A DNA stretch of 64,000 nucleotides from Bdellovibrionales bacterium (lineage in GTDB: Bacteria; Bdellovibrionota; UBA1018; CAIMNF01). Positions within the stretch are counted from its first letter, which is position 1. Every line of letters begins with the position of its first letter. Of the stretch, positions 40,357-48,480 are shown piece after piece. The stretch covers positions 103 to 64,102 of the forward strand of contig CANBTI010000005.1 of the NCBI GenBank assembly GCA_947372355.1, written 5' to 3'. A program made the position numbers and the translations under genes. The notes beneath the pieces were generated by a model. It saw only the letters and a list, made by a program, of their open reading frames with translations, was not told the DNA's origin and did no database searches.

Positions 40357-41581
40357 GGCTGAAACTTGACTTCATCCAAACTAAAGATTCATTTACCAAA
40401 TGATCGATATTCCCCACCATTAACTTTGCATTTGATTCCGGCATTAAATCTATAGCGATTCGATTTGAAAAAATGAGTTCACTATGATCAGACTCTATTA
40501 TAAATAAAGTTGGGCACTTAATTTTTTGAAGTGGAATCAGTAAATCAGGTTTTCCATTCAGTGAAACCATGCCCTGTGTAAGAGGTTCAAATAAAGAAAC
40601 ACAATGTAAAATTGCCGCAACACCAGAGCCTGATCCAAAGAATGCTATTGGCAATTGATCAAAAACAACATTATTTTTCAACCATTGCGTGATCATAGAT
40701 AATCTTTGCGAAATAACATCAACATGATAATAATTCGAATTGGAATTAATTTCATCTTCAGTAAAGAGATCAAAAACCAAAGTTCCATAACCATTTTCAT
40801 TCAAACTTTTGGCAATTTTAAGATTTTTAATGTTTTTTCTGCAACTGCCCTTACCATGTACAAAAATAACCCAACCAGATATTTTTTTAGGCTTCACCAA
40901 TTCCCCAACAATTTTTTTACCAAACACTTCAATACTAACTTCGTTGAATGAAAAGTTTTTTAATTCTCTTTTAATCAGATCAACTTCTAAGGTTGGATAT
41001 TCTTCATACCACTCACCAACCGAGCCAAAAATTGAAGGTGTATGAGCAGAGAATAGATAATCTGCTTCTGATTTTACCAATTGGTATCCAGTAGGTGAAG
41101 CCACTGGTACTACCACAGTGATCTCTTTGGCCCCCTGAATTCTAAGCGAACGGAGCGCCACTAACATCGAAGCTCCTGATGAAATTCCATCATCTACTAA
41201 AATAACGGATCTATCCCTCACATCCATTGGATTCAATTTTAATTGAAAGATTCGTTCTATATTTTGAACTTCCATCATCGATCGTGCAATTGTTTTATCC
41301 AATTGAAATTGGTTAATATTTAAAAAATTAATTAATTCATTATTTAACCAAATCTGATAGCTATCACCTACAGCACCAATTTCATAATTTGGATTAAGTG
41401 GGGTTCCTATTTTACTGACTGCAATCATCTCTAATGAAGCTCTTAATTTTTTCGCAATCGCCTTTGCCACTGGAACGCCAGTCAACGATAAAGCCACAAC
41501 AACTGCATTTTTATACTTCCATTCGTTATAAATTGCATTTGCTAATACGATTCCTGCTTGTTCTCTATTTTTGAAATACAC
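40316..41581 (-). CDS. Fusion protein: N-terminal type-I phosphoribosyltransferase-like domain (COG1926-type) + C-terminal alpha/beta hydrolase (dienelactone-hydrolase-like)
   Basis: PRPP loop VILVDDGISSGASML; hydrolase GWVIFVHGKGS, nucleophile elbow FFGSGSGVAA, His in NIDHL; GTG start at 41581. Confidence 0.6.
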   Translation of the reverse strand: MYFKNREQAGIVLANAIYNEWKYKNAVVVALSLTGVPVAKAIAKKLRASLEMIAVSKIGTPLNPNYEIGAVGDSYQIWLNNELINFLNINQFQLDKTIARSMMEVQNIERIFQLKLNPMDVRDRSVILVDDGISSGASMLVALRSLRIQGAKEITVVVPVASPTGYQLVKSEADYLFSAHTPSIFGSVGEWYEEYPTLEVDLIKRELKNFSFNEVSIEVFGKKIVGELVKPKKISGWVIFVHGKGSCRKNIKNLKIAKSLNENGYGTLVFDLFTEDEINSNSNYYHVDVISQRLSMITQWLKNNVVFDQLPIAFFGSGSGVAAILHCVSLFEPLTQGMVSLNGKPDLLIPLQKIKCPTLFIIESDHSELIFSNRIAIDLMPESNAKLMVGNIDHLVNESLVWMKSSFSHENRYEESSYPNY

Positions 41582-41599
41582 GGTTTAATCCCCTAAGCA

Positions 41600-41866
41600 T
41601 TATTTTAAGATAATTTTTTTATCGTGATATGCAAAAACTGGTGGTGGCCTTTTGGGTGGGTATTTTGAATGGGTGTTTTGAATATGATTTGAATTTTCAA
41701 CAACCTGATTGGGCGGATTAAGCACTTGTTGTAATTGTATAATACTAAGGCTCACTAAAGTGATGCAATACACTTTCGACATTAATTTTCTCATCAGCGA
41801 TGAAAAATGTTTGAATTTATAACTTTCAGCAGAAGTTGAATAATACATAAGTTGAGCCCATCCCAA
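41600..41866 (-). CDS. Small membrane protein (first gene of sigma-54-driven operon)
   Basis: TTG at 41866 or ATG at 41848 (MYYSTSAE...); hydrophobic VYCITLVSLSIIQL; perfect-spacing sigma-54 promoter immediately upstream supports expression. Confidence 0.4.
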   Translation of the reverse strand: MGWAQLMYYSTSAESYKFKHFSSLMRKLMSKVYCITLVSLSIIQLQQVLNPPNQVVENSNHIQNTHSKYPPKRPPPVFAYHDKKIILK

Positions 41867-41876
41867 ATATTTATTA

Positions 41877-41891
41877 GCAACCTATATGCCA
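41877..41891 (-). promoter_or_regulatory. Sigma-54 -24/-12 promoter upstream of small-protein/PRTase-hydrolase/REC operon
   Basis: Minus-strand TGGCAT-atagg-TTGC (rc of GCAAcctatATGCCA). Confidence 0.55.
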
Positions 41892-41954
41892 TTAGCATTT
41901 CCAATGGACTTCAAGCAATTTTAGTTCATTGGGTTTAAAAAATCTGAATGAGAC

Positions 41955-42002
41955 AAAAAATACAATTAAGAAAGGGATGGTCCATTTAAGTCCCATCCCC
42001 TT
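41955..42002 (-). terminator. Candidate rho-independent terminator after gene 42054..42602
   Basis: aagggatgg (41972-41980) / ccatcccctt (41993-42002) stem, followed on minus strand by T-rich cttaattgtattttttgtctc. Confidence 0.4.
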
Positions 42003-42053
42003 CTCATTATTTTCCAACTCAATTATTAGTGATTTAGAAAAAAACTCCCGTCA

Positions 42054-42602
42054 TTAACGGCCATTATTGTTGTCACATGGTGTTGGAGTTGGAGTTACGG
42101 TAGATCTTGTAATATGTGCTTTAACTACACAATAGATCACTGCTCCAACAATCACCACTCCGATTACTCGCATTGCCCAACGGTAACTACCTTGACCCCC
42201 ACTATAATTAGCTCCGTGTTGGTAACTACCAGCCATGAAATTCATCGCTAGATTACCAGCTTGCTCAGCAGAAACTTGACTTGTATCAATGGAAGTTAAT
42301 AAACGATCAAAATCCGCTCTTGCAGCTTCATCTAGAGTTGTGGTGCGCATGAAATCCATGATTTCAGTTGGTGCAATACCTTGCGCTTGTAAATTTTCTA
42401 ATTTTTGTTTGAAATCTGTAATAGCAACAGTTTGAAAGTTTGGATCATTAGGATCAACTTCAACTGTCATTTTATATCGAAATTCATTAAATGTTTTAGC
42501 AATCATTTTTGAATGTAAATCAATGTTATCATTTCCTACTGCAGCGAATGCCGAGTTAGAAACCATAGCTAAAACTGTGAACAGACTGAATACTTTTTTC
42601 AT
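42054..42602 (-). CDS. Secreted/membrane-anchored protein, paralog A (signal peptide, conserved ~130-aa domain, C-terminal TM)
   Basis: MKKVFSLFTVLAMVSNSAFA; shares TFNEFRYKMTVEVDPND...RADFD.LL.S...VS.E.AGNLAM.FMA..YQ.GA.YSGG and the TM (VIGVVIVGAVIYCVV) with 42788..43777. Confidence 0.6.
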   Translation of the reverse strand: MKKVFSLFTVLAMVSNSAFAAVGNDNIDLHSKMIAKTFNEFRYKMTVEVDPNDPNFQTVAITDFKQKLENLQAQGIAPTEIMDFMRTTTLDEAARADFDRLLTSIDTSQVSAEQAGNLAMNFMAGSYQHGANYSGGQGSYRWAMRVIGVVIVGAVIYCVVKAHITRSTVTPTPTPCDNNNGR

Positions 42603-42645
42603 TACCGACTCCTTTGATTATTGTTTTGTAGACGAATCCCTAAAA

Positions 42646-42660
42646 GCAATCACTATGCCA
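42646..42660 (-). promoter_or_regulatory. Sigma-54 -24/-12 promoter upstream of paralog A
   Basis: Minus-strand TGGCAT-agtga-TTGC (rc of GCAAtcactATGCCA), 44 nt upstream of ATG 42602. Confidence 0.55.
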
Positions 42661-42711
42661 CCGCAAAATTAAATATAATGAATTAAACTTTTAAATTTTG
42701 GTCATTTTGTC

Positions 42712-42764
42712 TCAAAATAAAAAAGGTGGTAGAAATATTGAGACTTAACTCAACTTCTACCACC
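42712..42764 (-). terminator. Rho-independent terminator after paralog B
   Basis: ggtggtagaa (42725-42734) / ttctaccacc (42755-42764) 10-bp stem, followed on minus strand by ttttttattttgag. Confidence 0.5.
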
Positions 42765-42787
42765 TCTATTTTCAGCCATGTAAATCC

Positions 42788-43777
42788 TTAATTGAAGCCG
42801 TGGTCAGGAGGTCCTAACTTAATGCATAACTCGGGATAAAGAACAAACTCCAATGCTTCACCATGATCACATCCGGTAGGACTAGCTGGAACCACATGTC
42901 CACTCACTGTATTGCAACACCATCCGTAGTCAGTGTTAGTATGGGTATCTGTGCAAGTATTAGTTACTGTATTTGTTATAGTATCAGTAAGTGTATTTGT
43001 AATAGTATCCGTTACTGTATTAGTTAACGTTTCAAAATTAGTAATAGTATTATAATTGGTAACGGTTTGAACAGAGGTCACAGTATCAGTAGTTACCACT
43101 GTATTATAATTTGTTACTGTTTCTGTATTATTAATTGTTTCTACGTTCGTTACTGTTTGAGTATTCGTTTGAACTTCAGTAGTTGTCACGGTATCGGTAG
43201 TTGTTTGAGTTTCTGTGTTAGTTTGTGTTTGAGTGTTAGTTCTTGTGACCGTATCTGTTACCGTTTTTGATCGCTGATCTTTACAATGCTTAATCACTAA
43301 ATAAGTGACAACCCCAACAATGATCACACCGATCACGATTAATGCAGCCTTATAATTTGCTCTACCACCACCACTGTAACTCGCACCTTGTTGATATTTA
43401 GCTGCCATAAATCTCATTGCAAGATTACCGGCTTCTTCACTTGAAACTTTATCGAGATTCAATGAAGAAAGCATGAGATCAAAATCAGCACGAGTAGAAG
43501 AATCAAGAACTGATGAACGCATGTAATCCATCACTTCTTCAGAAGAAATCCCTTTGGCCTGCAGATCAGCCATACGGTTTTTAAAATCTTCCATTGCTTT
43601 AGCTTTATACTGCGTATCGCTTGGATCCAGTTCAACAGTCATTTTATATCTAAAATCATTGAATGTTTTAGAGATCATATTCCTATGAGAAGAATTTATT
43701 CCTTCATTCGTTATGCCAGCAAGTGCTGAATTGGAGAGCATCGTGATAATGGTTAATAACCCTATTATTTTTTTCAT
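42788..43777 (-). CDS. Secreted/membrane-anchored protein, paralog B, with long Thr-x-Thr repeat region and Cys-rich C-terminus
   Basis: MKKIIGLLTIITMLSNSALA; conserved domain and TM as paralog A; then TVTDTVTRTNTQTQTNTETQTTTDTVTTTEVQTNTQTVTNVETINNTETVTNYNTVVTTDTVT...TDTHTNT; C-term DYGWCCNTVSGHVVPASPTGCDHGEALEFVLYPELC. Confidence 0.6.
   Translation of the reverse strand: MKKIIGLLTIITMLSNSALAGITNEGINSSHRNMISKTFNDFRYKMTVELDPSDTQYKAKAMEDFKNRMADLQAKGISSEEVMDYMRSSVLDSSTRADFDLMLSSLNLDKVSSEEAGNLAMRFMAAKYQQGASYSGGGRANYKAALIVIGVIIVGVVTYLVIKHCKDQRSKTVTDTVTRTNTQTQTNTETQTTTDTVTTTEVQTNTQTVTNVETINNTETVTNYNTVVTTDTVTSVQTVTNYNTITNFETLTNTVTDTITNTLTDTITNTVTNTCTDTHTNTDYGWCCNTVSGHVVPASPTGCDHGEALEFVLYPELCIKLGPPDHGFN
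42950..43270 (-). repeat. Degenerate short-period coding repeats (gtNacN units) encoding the Thr-x-Thr tract
   Basis: Repetitive gtaac/gttac/gtatc units across about 320 nt inside gene 42788..43777. Confidence 0.6.
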
Positions 43778-43856
43778 TTATTTTTTCCTATTCTTGTTTT
43801 CTATTTTTTAAATACAATTTGCATTCAGCGCCTACCAATCGCGCCAAAAAGTGAAA

Positions 43857-43871
43857 GCAATGAATATGCCA
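43857..43871 (-). promoter_or_regulatory. Sigma-54 -24/-12 promoter upstream of paralog B
   Basis: Minus-strand TGGCAT-attca-TTGC (rc of GCAAtgaatATGCCA), 80 nt upstream of ATG 43777. Confidence 0.55.
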
Positions 43872-43930
43872 TTTTAAATTAAAATATATTTGATGTTTGA
43901 ATCGAGAATCGGAAGTTTAGTCTCATTTTT

Positions 43931-43973
43931 AAGCCCTTAAAAAGAAAAAAGGTGGTGATTTTAACCACCACCT
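43931..43973 (-). terminator. Orphan terminator-like hairpin (minus-strand orientation) between paralog B promoter and pfkA
   Basis: aggtggtg (43949-43956) / caccacct (43965-43972) with 8-nt loop; on minus strand followed by tttttctttttaaggg; no annotated minus-strand gene ends here. Confidence 0.35.
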
Positions 43974-44088
43974 TCTTTGGGTCATCGCAGACGTGGGCAG
44001 AATTAACAATACAAACTGCATAAAGTTAGCTCTACGCTGCCTTTGTCGACCCATCCATGAAGATTTAAAAGCATAATTTATGCCATTG

Positions 44089-44094
44089 TATAAT
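44089..44094 (+). promoter_or_regulatory. Candidate sigma-70 -10 hexamer (TATAAT) for pfkA
   Basis: Perfect TATAAT 54 nt upstream of ATG 44148, weak TTAAAA -35-like 18 nt upstream. Confidence 0.25.
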
Positions 44095-44147
44095 CGTTTT
44101 AATTTATTCTTTTTCCCAACTTTCAGTAAAACTGTTAATCTCTTTTC

Positions 44148-45174
44148 TATGAGAATTGGAATCATGACCGGTGGTGGAGATGCTCCAGGATTAAATGGAA
44201 TTATTGAATCAGCATCTCGCGTGTTGTTAAATAATGGGGTCGAAGTTGTCGGTATACTCGATGGTTTTGAAGGGGTATTTCAAGAACGCACCAAAACGAT
44301 CACTATGGATGCGATCATCGGCATTCACAGCGAAGCGGGTACATTTTTAGGCACTTCTAACAAATCTAAAATATTAGGTCGTGCGGATGAATTTCAAAAA
44401 TGTTTTGCTCATTTAAATCTAGATGGTTTGATTGCTGCTGGTGGAGATGGCACATTTAAGGGATTACTGGAGTTAGCACCAAAATTAAAAATCATTGGAG
44501 TCCCTAAAACCATTGATAATGATTTACAAGGAACTGAAATCACATTTGGTTATGATACTGCCTGCACTGTGGTGGCTGATGCTGTCGATGCGCTCCGAGC
44601 AACCGCGAATGCACATCATCGGGTGATGGTGGTAGAAACGATGGGAAGATCTGCAGGTTGGATCGCACTCGGTGGAGGATTGGCTTCAAGTGCTGATGCG
44701 ATTCTCATTCCTGAACGTCCTTTCTCTAGAGAAAAATTTGCCACTTATTTAACAAAAGCACATGAATCTAAAAAACCTGGAATGGTGATTGTTGTTTCTG
44801 AAGCCGCAATGGCCGAAGGTGAAGACGCCGTTTTCTCAGAGAATTTAAAATCTTCTACAGGAATTCGCTTTGGCGGAATCGGTGAACGAGTTTCTCGCTG
44901 GATTGAAGAAAACACTCCATGGGAAGCACGTCATGTGGTTCTAGGCCATTTACAAAGGGCACATCAACCCACCACCACGGATCGTTTTCTCACTGCGGGA
45001 ATGGGTGCAAAGGCTGCTGAACTGGTTTTAACTCAAAATTGGAATCGCGCTGTGGTATACCGCGACGGAAAAATTTTGGACGCCCCACTTTCAGATATTC
45101 AAGGACCACCGAGAAAAGTGCCCCCATCTCATCGCTGGGTTAAACTTTGTGAATCTCTTGGAATTTTTATTTGA
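44148..45174 (+). CDS. pfkA: 6-phosphofructokinase
   Basis: MRIGIMTGGGDAPGLNG, GGDGT, PKTIDNDL, MGRSAGWIALGGG; the track's start at 44080 extends into non-homologous N-terminus, ATG 44148 preferred. Confidence 0.85.
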
Positions 45175-45653
45175 CGCCACCCCGTCATTATCTTATTAAA
45201 CTAGATATGATGTACCTGATTTTTACAGTAATTTTTGCTCATTCTGCCCTTGCCGAAACCACTCCAATTTTAACCTTGGATCAATACTCTGGCAGAACCT
45301 CTCCTCAAAATGCTGTAGAAGCACACTGCACTTTCGATTCCAACAATCACCTCATTGCGAAAATTCTAAAAGACCACACCAACGATACTTGGCAAAGCGA
45401 AACAAATATTGATGAAGTAAAAACCGATGCTGAACTCAATCAAGTTTTAGCTTGGATTGAAGAAGCGGCAGTTGGACCTTTCAAACAAGGAATTAATCCT
45501 TGCGATGTGGGGACAGTAAAAATATCGACACAAAATTATCCACTCTTTTTTTCTCAAGACTGTAAGAAAAGAATTGAAAATCAAAATCCTTCAGCAATCA
45601 AATTAATCAACTGGTTTCGCCAGGCTTGTTCAATTGAGGCAAAAAAACAATGA
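45171..45653 (+). CDS. Small secreted Cys-containing protein (unknown function)
   Basis: Signal peptide ...[16 protein letters not shown]; 4 Cys; ATGA-coupled to pfkA and to downstream ABC ATPase. Confidence 0.45.
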   Translation: MTPPRHYLIKLDMMYLIFTVIFAHSALAETTPILTLDQYSGRTSPQNAVEAHCTFDSNNHLIAKILKDHTNDTWQSETNIDEVKTDAELNQVLAWIEEAAVGPFKQGINPCDVGTVKISTQNYPLFFSQDCKKRIENQNPSAIKLINWFRQACSIEAKKQ

Positions 45654-46417
45654 GTGCAGCACAGAATCTAATCGATCCCAATTGCAATATGGTTGAAGCA
45701 ATTAATGTAAGTAAAACATATGATAGTAATTTTGAAGCTCTAAAGGAAATCAATCTTACGGTAAAAAAAGGTGAAGTGGTGGTGATCATTGGTCCTTCTG
45801 GATCAGGAAAAAGCACGTTCATCAGAACACTCAATCGCCTTGAAACTTTTGATTCAGGTGAAATCATCATTGATGGAATTAAACTCTCAGATAGCGAACA
45901 CATTGAAGCAATCCGCAAAGAAGTGGGAATGGTGTTTCAAAGCTTTAATCTTTTCCCTCATTTGAATGTGCTTGAAAACATTACTTTGGCGCCGATGAAG
46001 GTGCGTGGTCTTTCCAAAGAAGATGCTGAAAAACAGGCGATGGATTTACTAAAGCGTGTAGGAATCACTGATAAAGCACTCAAATACCCAAGTTCACTCT
46101 CCGGCGGACAACAGCAGCGTGTAGCCATTGCACGAGCGCTGGCAATGCAACCACGATTAATGCTTTTTGATGAACCCACTTCTGCACTTGATCCTGAAAT
46201 GGTCAATGAAGTTTTAGCGGTAATGAAGGAATTGGCAAATTCAGGAATGACCATGATTGTAGTGACCCATGAAATGGGTTTTGCTAAAGAAGTTGCAGAT
46301 CGAATCATCTTTTTTGATCAAGGTAAAATTATTGAAGAAGGTGAACCTCAACACTTTTTTAAAAATCCAAAAGAAGAACGCACTCGTGCTTTTTTAGGAC
46401 AAATTTTAAGTCACTAG
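45650..46417 (+). CDS. Polar amino-acid-type ABC transporter ATP-binding protein (GlnQ/HisP-like), orphan
   Basis: [10 protein letters not shown]-loop, [35 protein letters not shown]; no permease or binding protein adjacent. Confidence 0.8.
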   Translation: MSAAQNLIDPNCNMVEAINVSKTYDSNFEALKEINLTVKKGEVVVIIGPSGSGKSTFIRTLNRLETFDSGEIIIDGIKLSDSEHIEAIRKEVGMVFQSFNLFPHLNVLENITLAPMKVRGLSKEDAEKQAMDLLKRVGITDKALKYPSSLSGGQQQRVAIARALAMQPRLMLFDEPTSALDPEMVNEVLAVMKELANSGMTMIVVTHEMGFAKEVADRIIFFDQGKIIEEGEPQHFFKNPKEERTRAFLGQILSH

Positions 46418-46454
46418 TTTCATCTCTAGGCATAGATATTGAATTATCCTATGC

Positions 46455-47336
46455 ATGATTACTCGTAGCTCATTTCAACAATTTAATTTTAATTTTCTAG
46501 AGATTGAATCCGAGGATGATTCCGGCTCACTCCTTCGCTCACTTCCGGATCAAGGATTGGCGATTGTGGGCACTCGATATCCTCAACAGAAATCCTTTGA
46601 ATTACTTGAAAATACGATCAAAGATCTTGCCGGTTCTAATTTAGTTATTGTTTCTGGATTTGCTAGAGGTGTTGATTCTCGTGCGCATGAACTCGCGATT
46701 GAACATGGATTAAAAACAATTGCCATCTTAGGCTGTGGTTTGAATATCGACTATCCGAGAGAAAATCGGGCCTTAAGAAAAAAGATTCTAGATCATGGAG
46801 GAATGATCATCTCCCCTTTTGAGCGGGATGAACCCGCATTACCAAGAAATTTTTTAAATCGGAATCAACTCATCGCCTATTTCTCGAAAGCGGTTTGGGT
46901 AGTAGAAGCGGCGGCCATCTCTGGAACGCTCAATACCGCAAAACATGCTTCCGAACTGAATCGTGATTTATATGCAACTCCCTGTTTTCCAAATGATCCG
47001 TTTTTTGAGGGAAATCAAAAACTGCTTTCTCAACAAAATTCTGAAAAATATCCCGTTGCTGATCTATTTTATGGCGTTAATTCATTCGGTAAAACTTGGA
47101 AAAACATCAGCATGGTGAATACGATTCATAAAACTACCAAAAGAAAAAATAGGAGCAAAATTCAAAATTGGATTTTAAATCTACAATTTGAACAAGGCGA
47201 ATGCAGAGTTCAAAGTTTGATGAATTTTGCTATATCAAAAGGAATCACTGCTGGGCAGTTTTATCAGGAATATGAAATTGAGCTCAATTCAGGGAAAATT
47301 ACTGAAAACCTGCTAGGGATAGTAGATCTAAAGTAA
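46455..47336 (+). CDS. dprA: DNA-processing protein DprA (Smf)
   Basis: LAIVGTRYPQQKS...VIVSGFARGVDSRAHELAI...TIAILGCGLNIDYPREN...RNQLIAYFSKAVWVVEAAAISGTLNTAKHASELNRDLYATP Rossmann-like DprA core. Confidence 0.7.
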   Translation: MITRSSFQQFNFNFLEIESEDDSGSLLRSLPDQGLAIVGTRYPQQKSFELLENTIKDLAGSNLVIVSGFARGVDSRAHELAIEHGLKTIAILGCGLNIDYPRENRALRKKILDHGGMIISPFERDEPALPRNFLNRNQLIAYFSKAVWVVEAAAISGTLNTAKHASELNRDLYATPCFPNDPFFEGNQKLLSQQNSEKYPVADLFYGVNSFGKTWKNISMVNTIHKTTKRKNRSKIQNWILNLQFEQGECRVQSLMNFAISKGITAGQFYQEYEIELNSGKITENLLGIVDLK

Positions 47337-48480
47337 TGGGGCCCTTTACCCATTGATTCATCAATTGCTCTACAGTTCTCTCCAACTCTCCAATATTTCC
47401 CCGCCACTCTTGATTCATAAACCAAGTTTCAACTAAAGGATCAATCTGGACTGGTGGTACTCCACGTTTTCTACAAGCCTTATCAAAAAAATAGGGCAGT
47501 AAATCAGTTTGAATATCTTTTTTTCGTTCCCGGAGCGGCTTTAATATAATTTTATCTAAAGTGAGCTTTGCATAGAGTTCAACATGAAAAGTTCCATCTT
47601 TCACTTTTTGAGAAAGATCTTTTGAACTGGTAGCAATGATTCTAAAATCGACAGGAAATTTTTTTGCACCACGAACCCGAGTGAAAAAATCATTTTCAAG
47701 TGCTGAAAAAAGGGCATTTTGCGCTTCAACACCAAGGGCATCCACTTCATCTAATAATATCGTGCCCCCTAAACCTAACTCAAAAGATCCTGGTTTAGAA
47801 AAAAAGCTCATTGGCATCGCACCTTTTTCTAGCCCAAACAACTCTCCTACTTGAAAAACATTTGGTATGGCGTCGCAATGGACTTGAATAAATGGATTCC
47901 TCGCCCGATCAGATTTACGATGAATTTCATAAGCAATACTTCTTTTGCCTGAGCCGACTTCACCAAACATAAATACATGAGAGTTAGTAGCCGAAATCCT
48001 TTCAGTTTGCTCGCGTAATTGAATGGTACTTTGCTCAGTACCAAATAATGGAACCGGAACAGGTCCCACTCCCTGTGCATTCATCATTTCAAGAGCAGGT
48101 TCTCTTTTTTTACGTTTACGGGTTTGAATCGCTTTTTTCAAAATGCGTGAAAGATCATCTTGATCAAAAGGTTTTAAGATAAAGTCAAAGGCTCCACTTT
48201 TCAGTGCCGTCACCGCGGCCTCAATAGTACCAAATGCCGTGATTAAAATAACGGGTAAATCAGGCGAGTAATCCTTACAGTATTTTAAAACATCTAATCC
48301 TGTATGCTCAGGCATGGAGAGATCAGTAATCACCACACTGACATCTTCAGTGTTCAATGTTTCCAAAGCATTCTTAAAGCCATCGAAACTAAATACCTCA
48401 TAACCCTCTCGGGTGAGAAGGGCATCTAAGATTTTTCTAATATTCGGTTCGTCGTCTATGACGATGATTTTATCACGCAT
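47299..48480 (-). CDS. NtrC-family REC-AAA+ regulator lacking an intact GAFTGA loop and lacking the C-terminal HTH
   Basis: REC (IIVIDDEPNIR...ITDLSMPEHTG), AAA+ Walker A GEVGSGKRS, but sigma-54 contact loop reads VGELFGLEKGAMPMSFF (GAFTGA->GAMPMS) and protein ends right after AAA+ domain (393 aa). Confidence 0.75.
   Translation of the reverse strand: MRDKIIVIDDEPNIRKILDALLTREGYEVFSFDGFKNALETLNTEDVSVVITDLSMPEHTGLDVLKYCKDYSPDLPVILITAFGTIEAAVTALKSGAFDFILKPFDQDDLSRILKKAIQTRKRKKREPALEMMNAQGVGPVPVPLFGTEQSTIQLREQTERISATNSHVFMFGEVGSGKRSIAYEIHRKSDRARNPFIQVHCDAIPNVFQVGELFGLEKGAMPMSFFSKPGSFELGLGGTILLDEVDALGVEAQNALFSALENDFFTRVRGAKKFPVDFRIIATSSKDLSQKVKDGTFHVELYAKLTLDKIILKPLRERKKDIQTDLLPYFFDKACRKRGVPPVQIDPLVETWFMNQEWRGNIGELERTVEQLMNQWVKGPITLDLLSLAGFQ

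Noticed and set aside
43067-43270. ORF 43067..43270(+) (Cys/Ile-rich 67 aa)
   Set aside because: Antisense artefact of the gtNacN repeat in gene 42788..43777.
43929-44165. ORF 43929..44165(-) antisense to pfkA start
   Set aside because: No homology or features; overlaps pfkA promoter/5' end; its C-terminus is encoded by the terminator-like hairpin.
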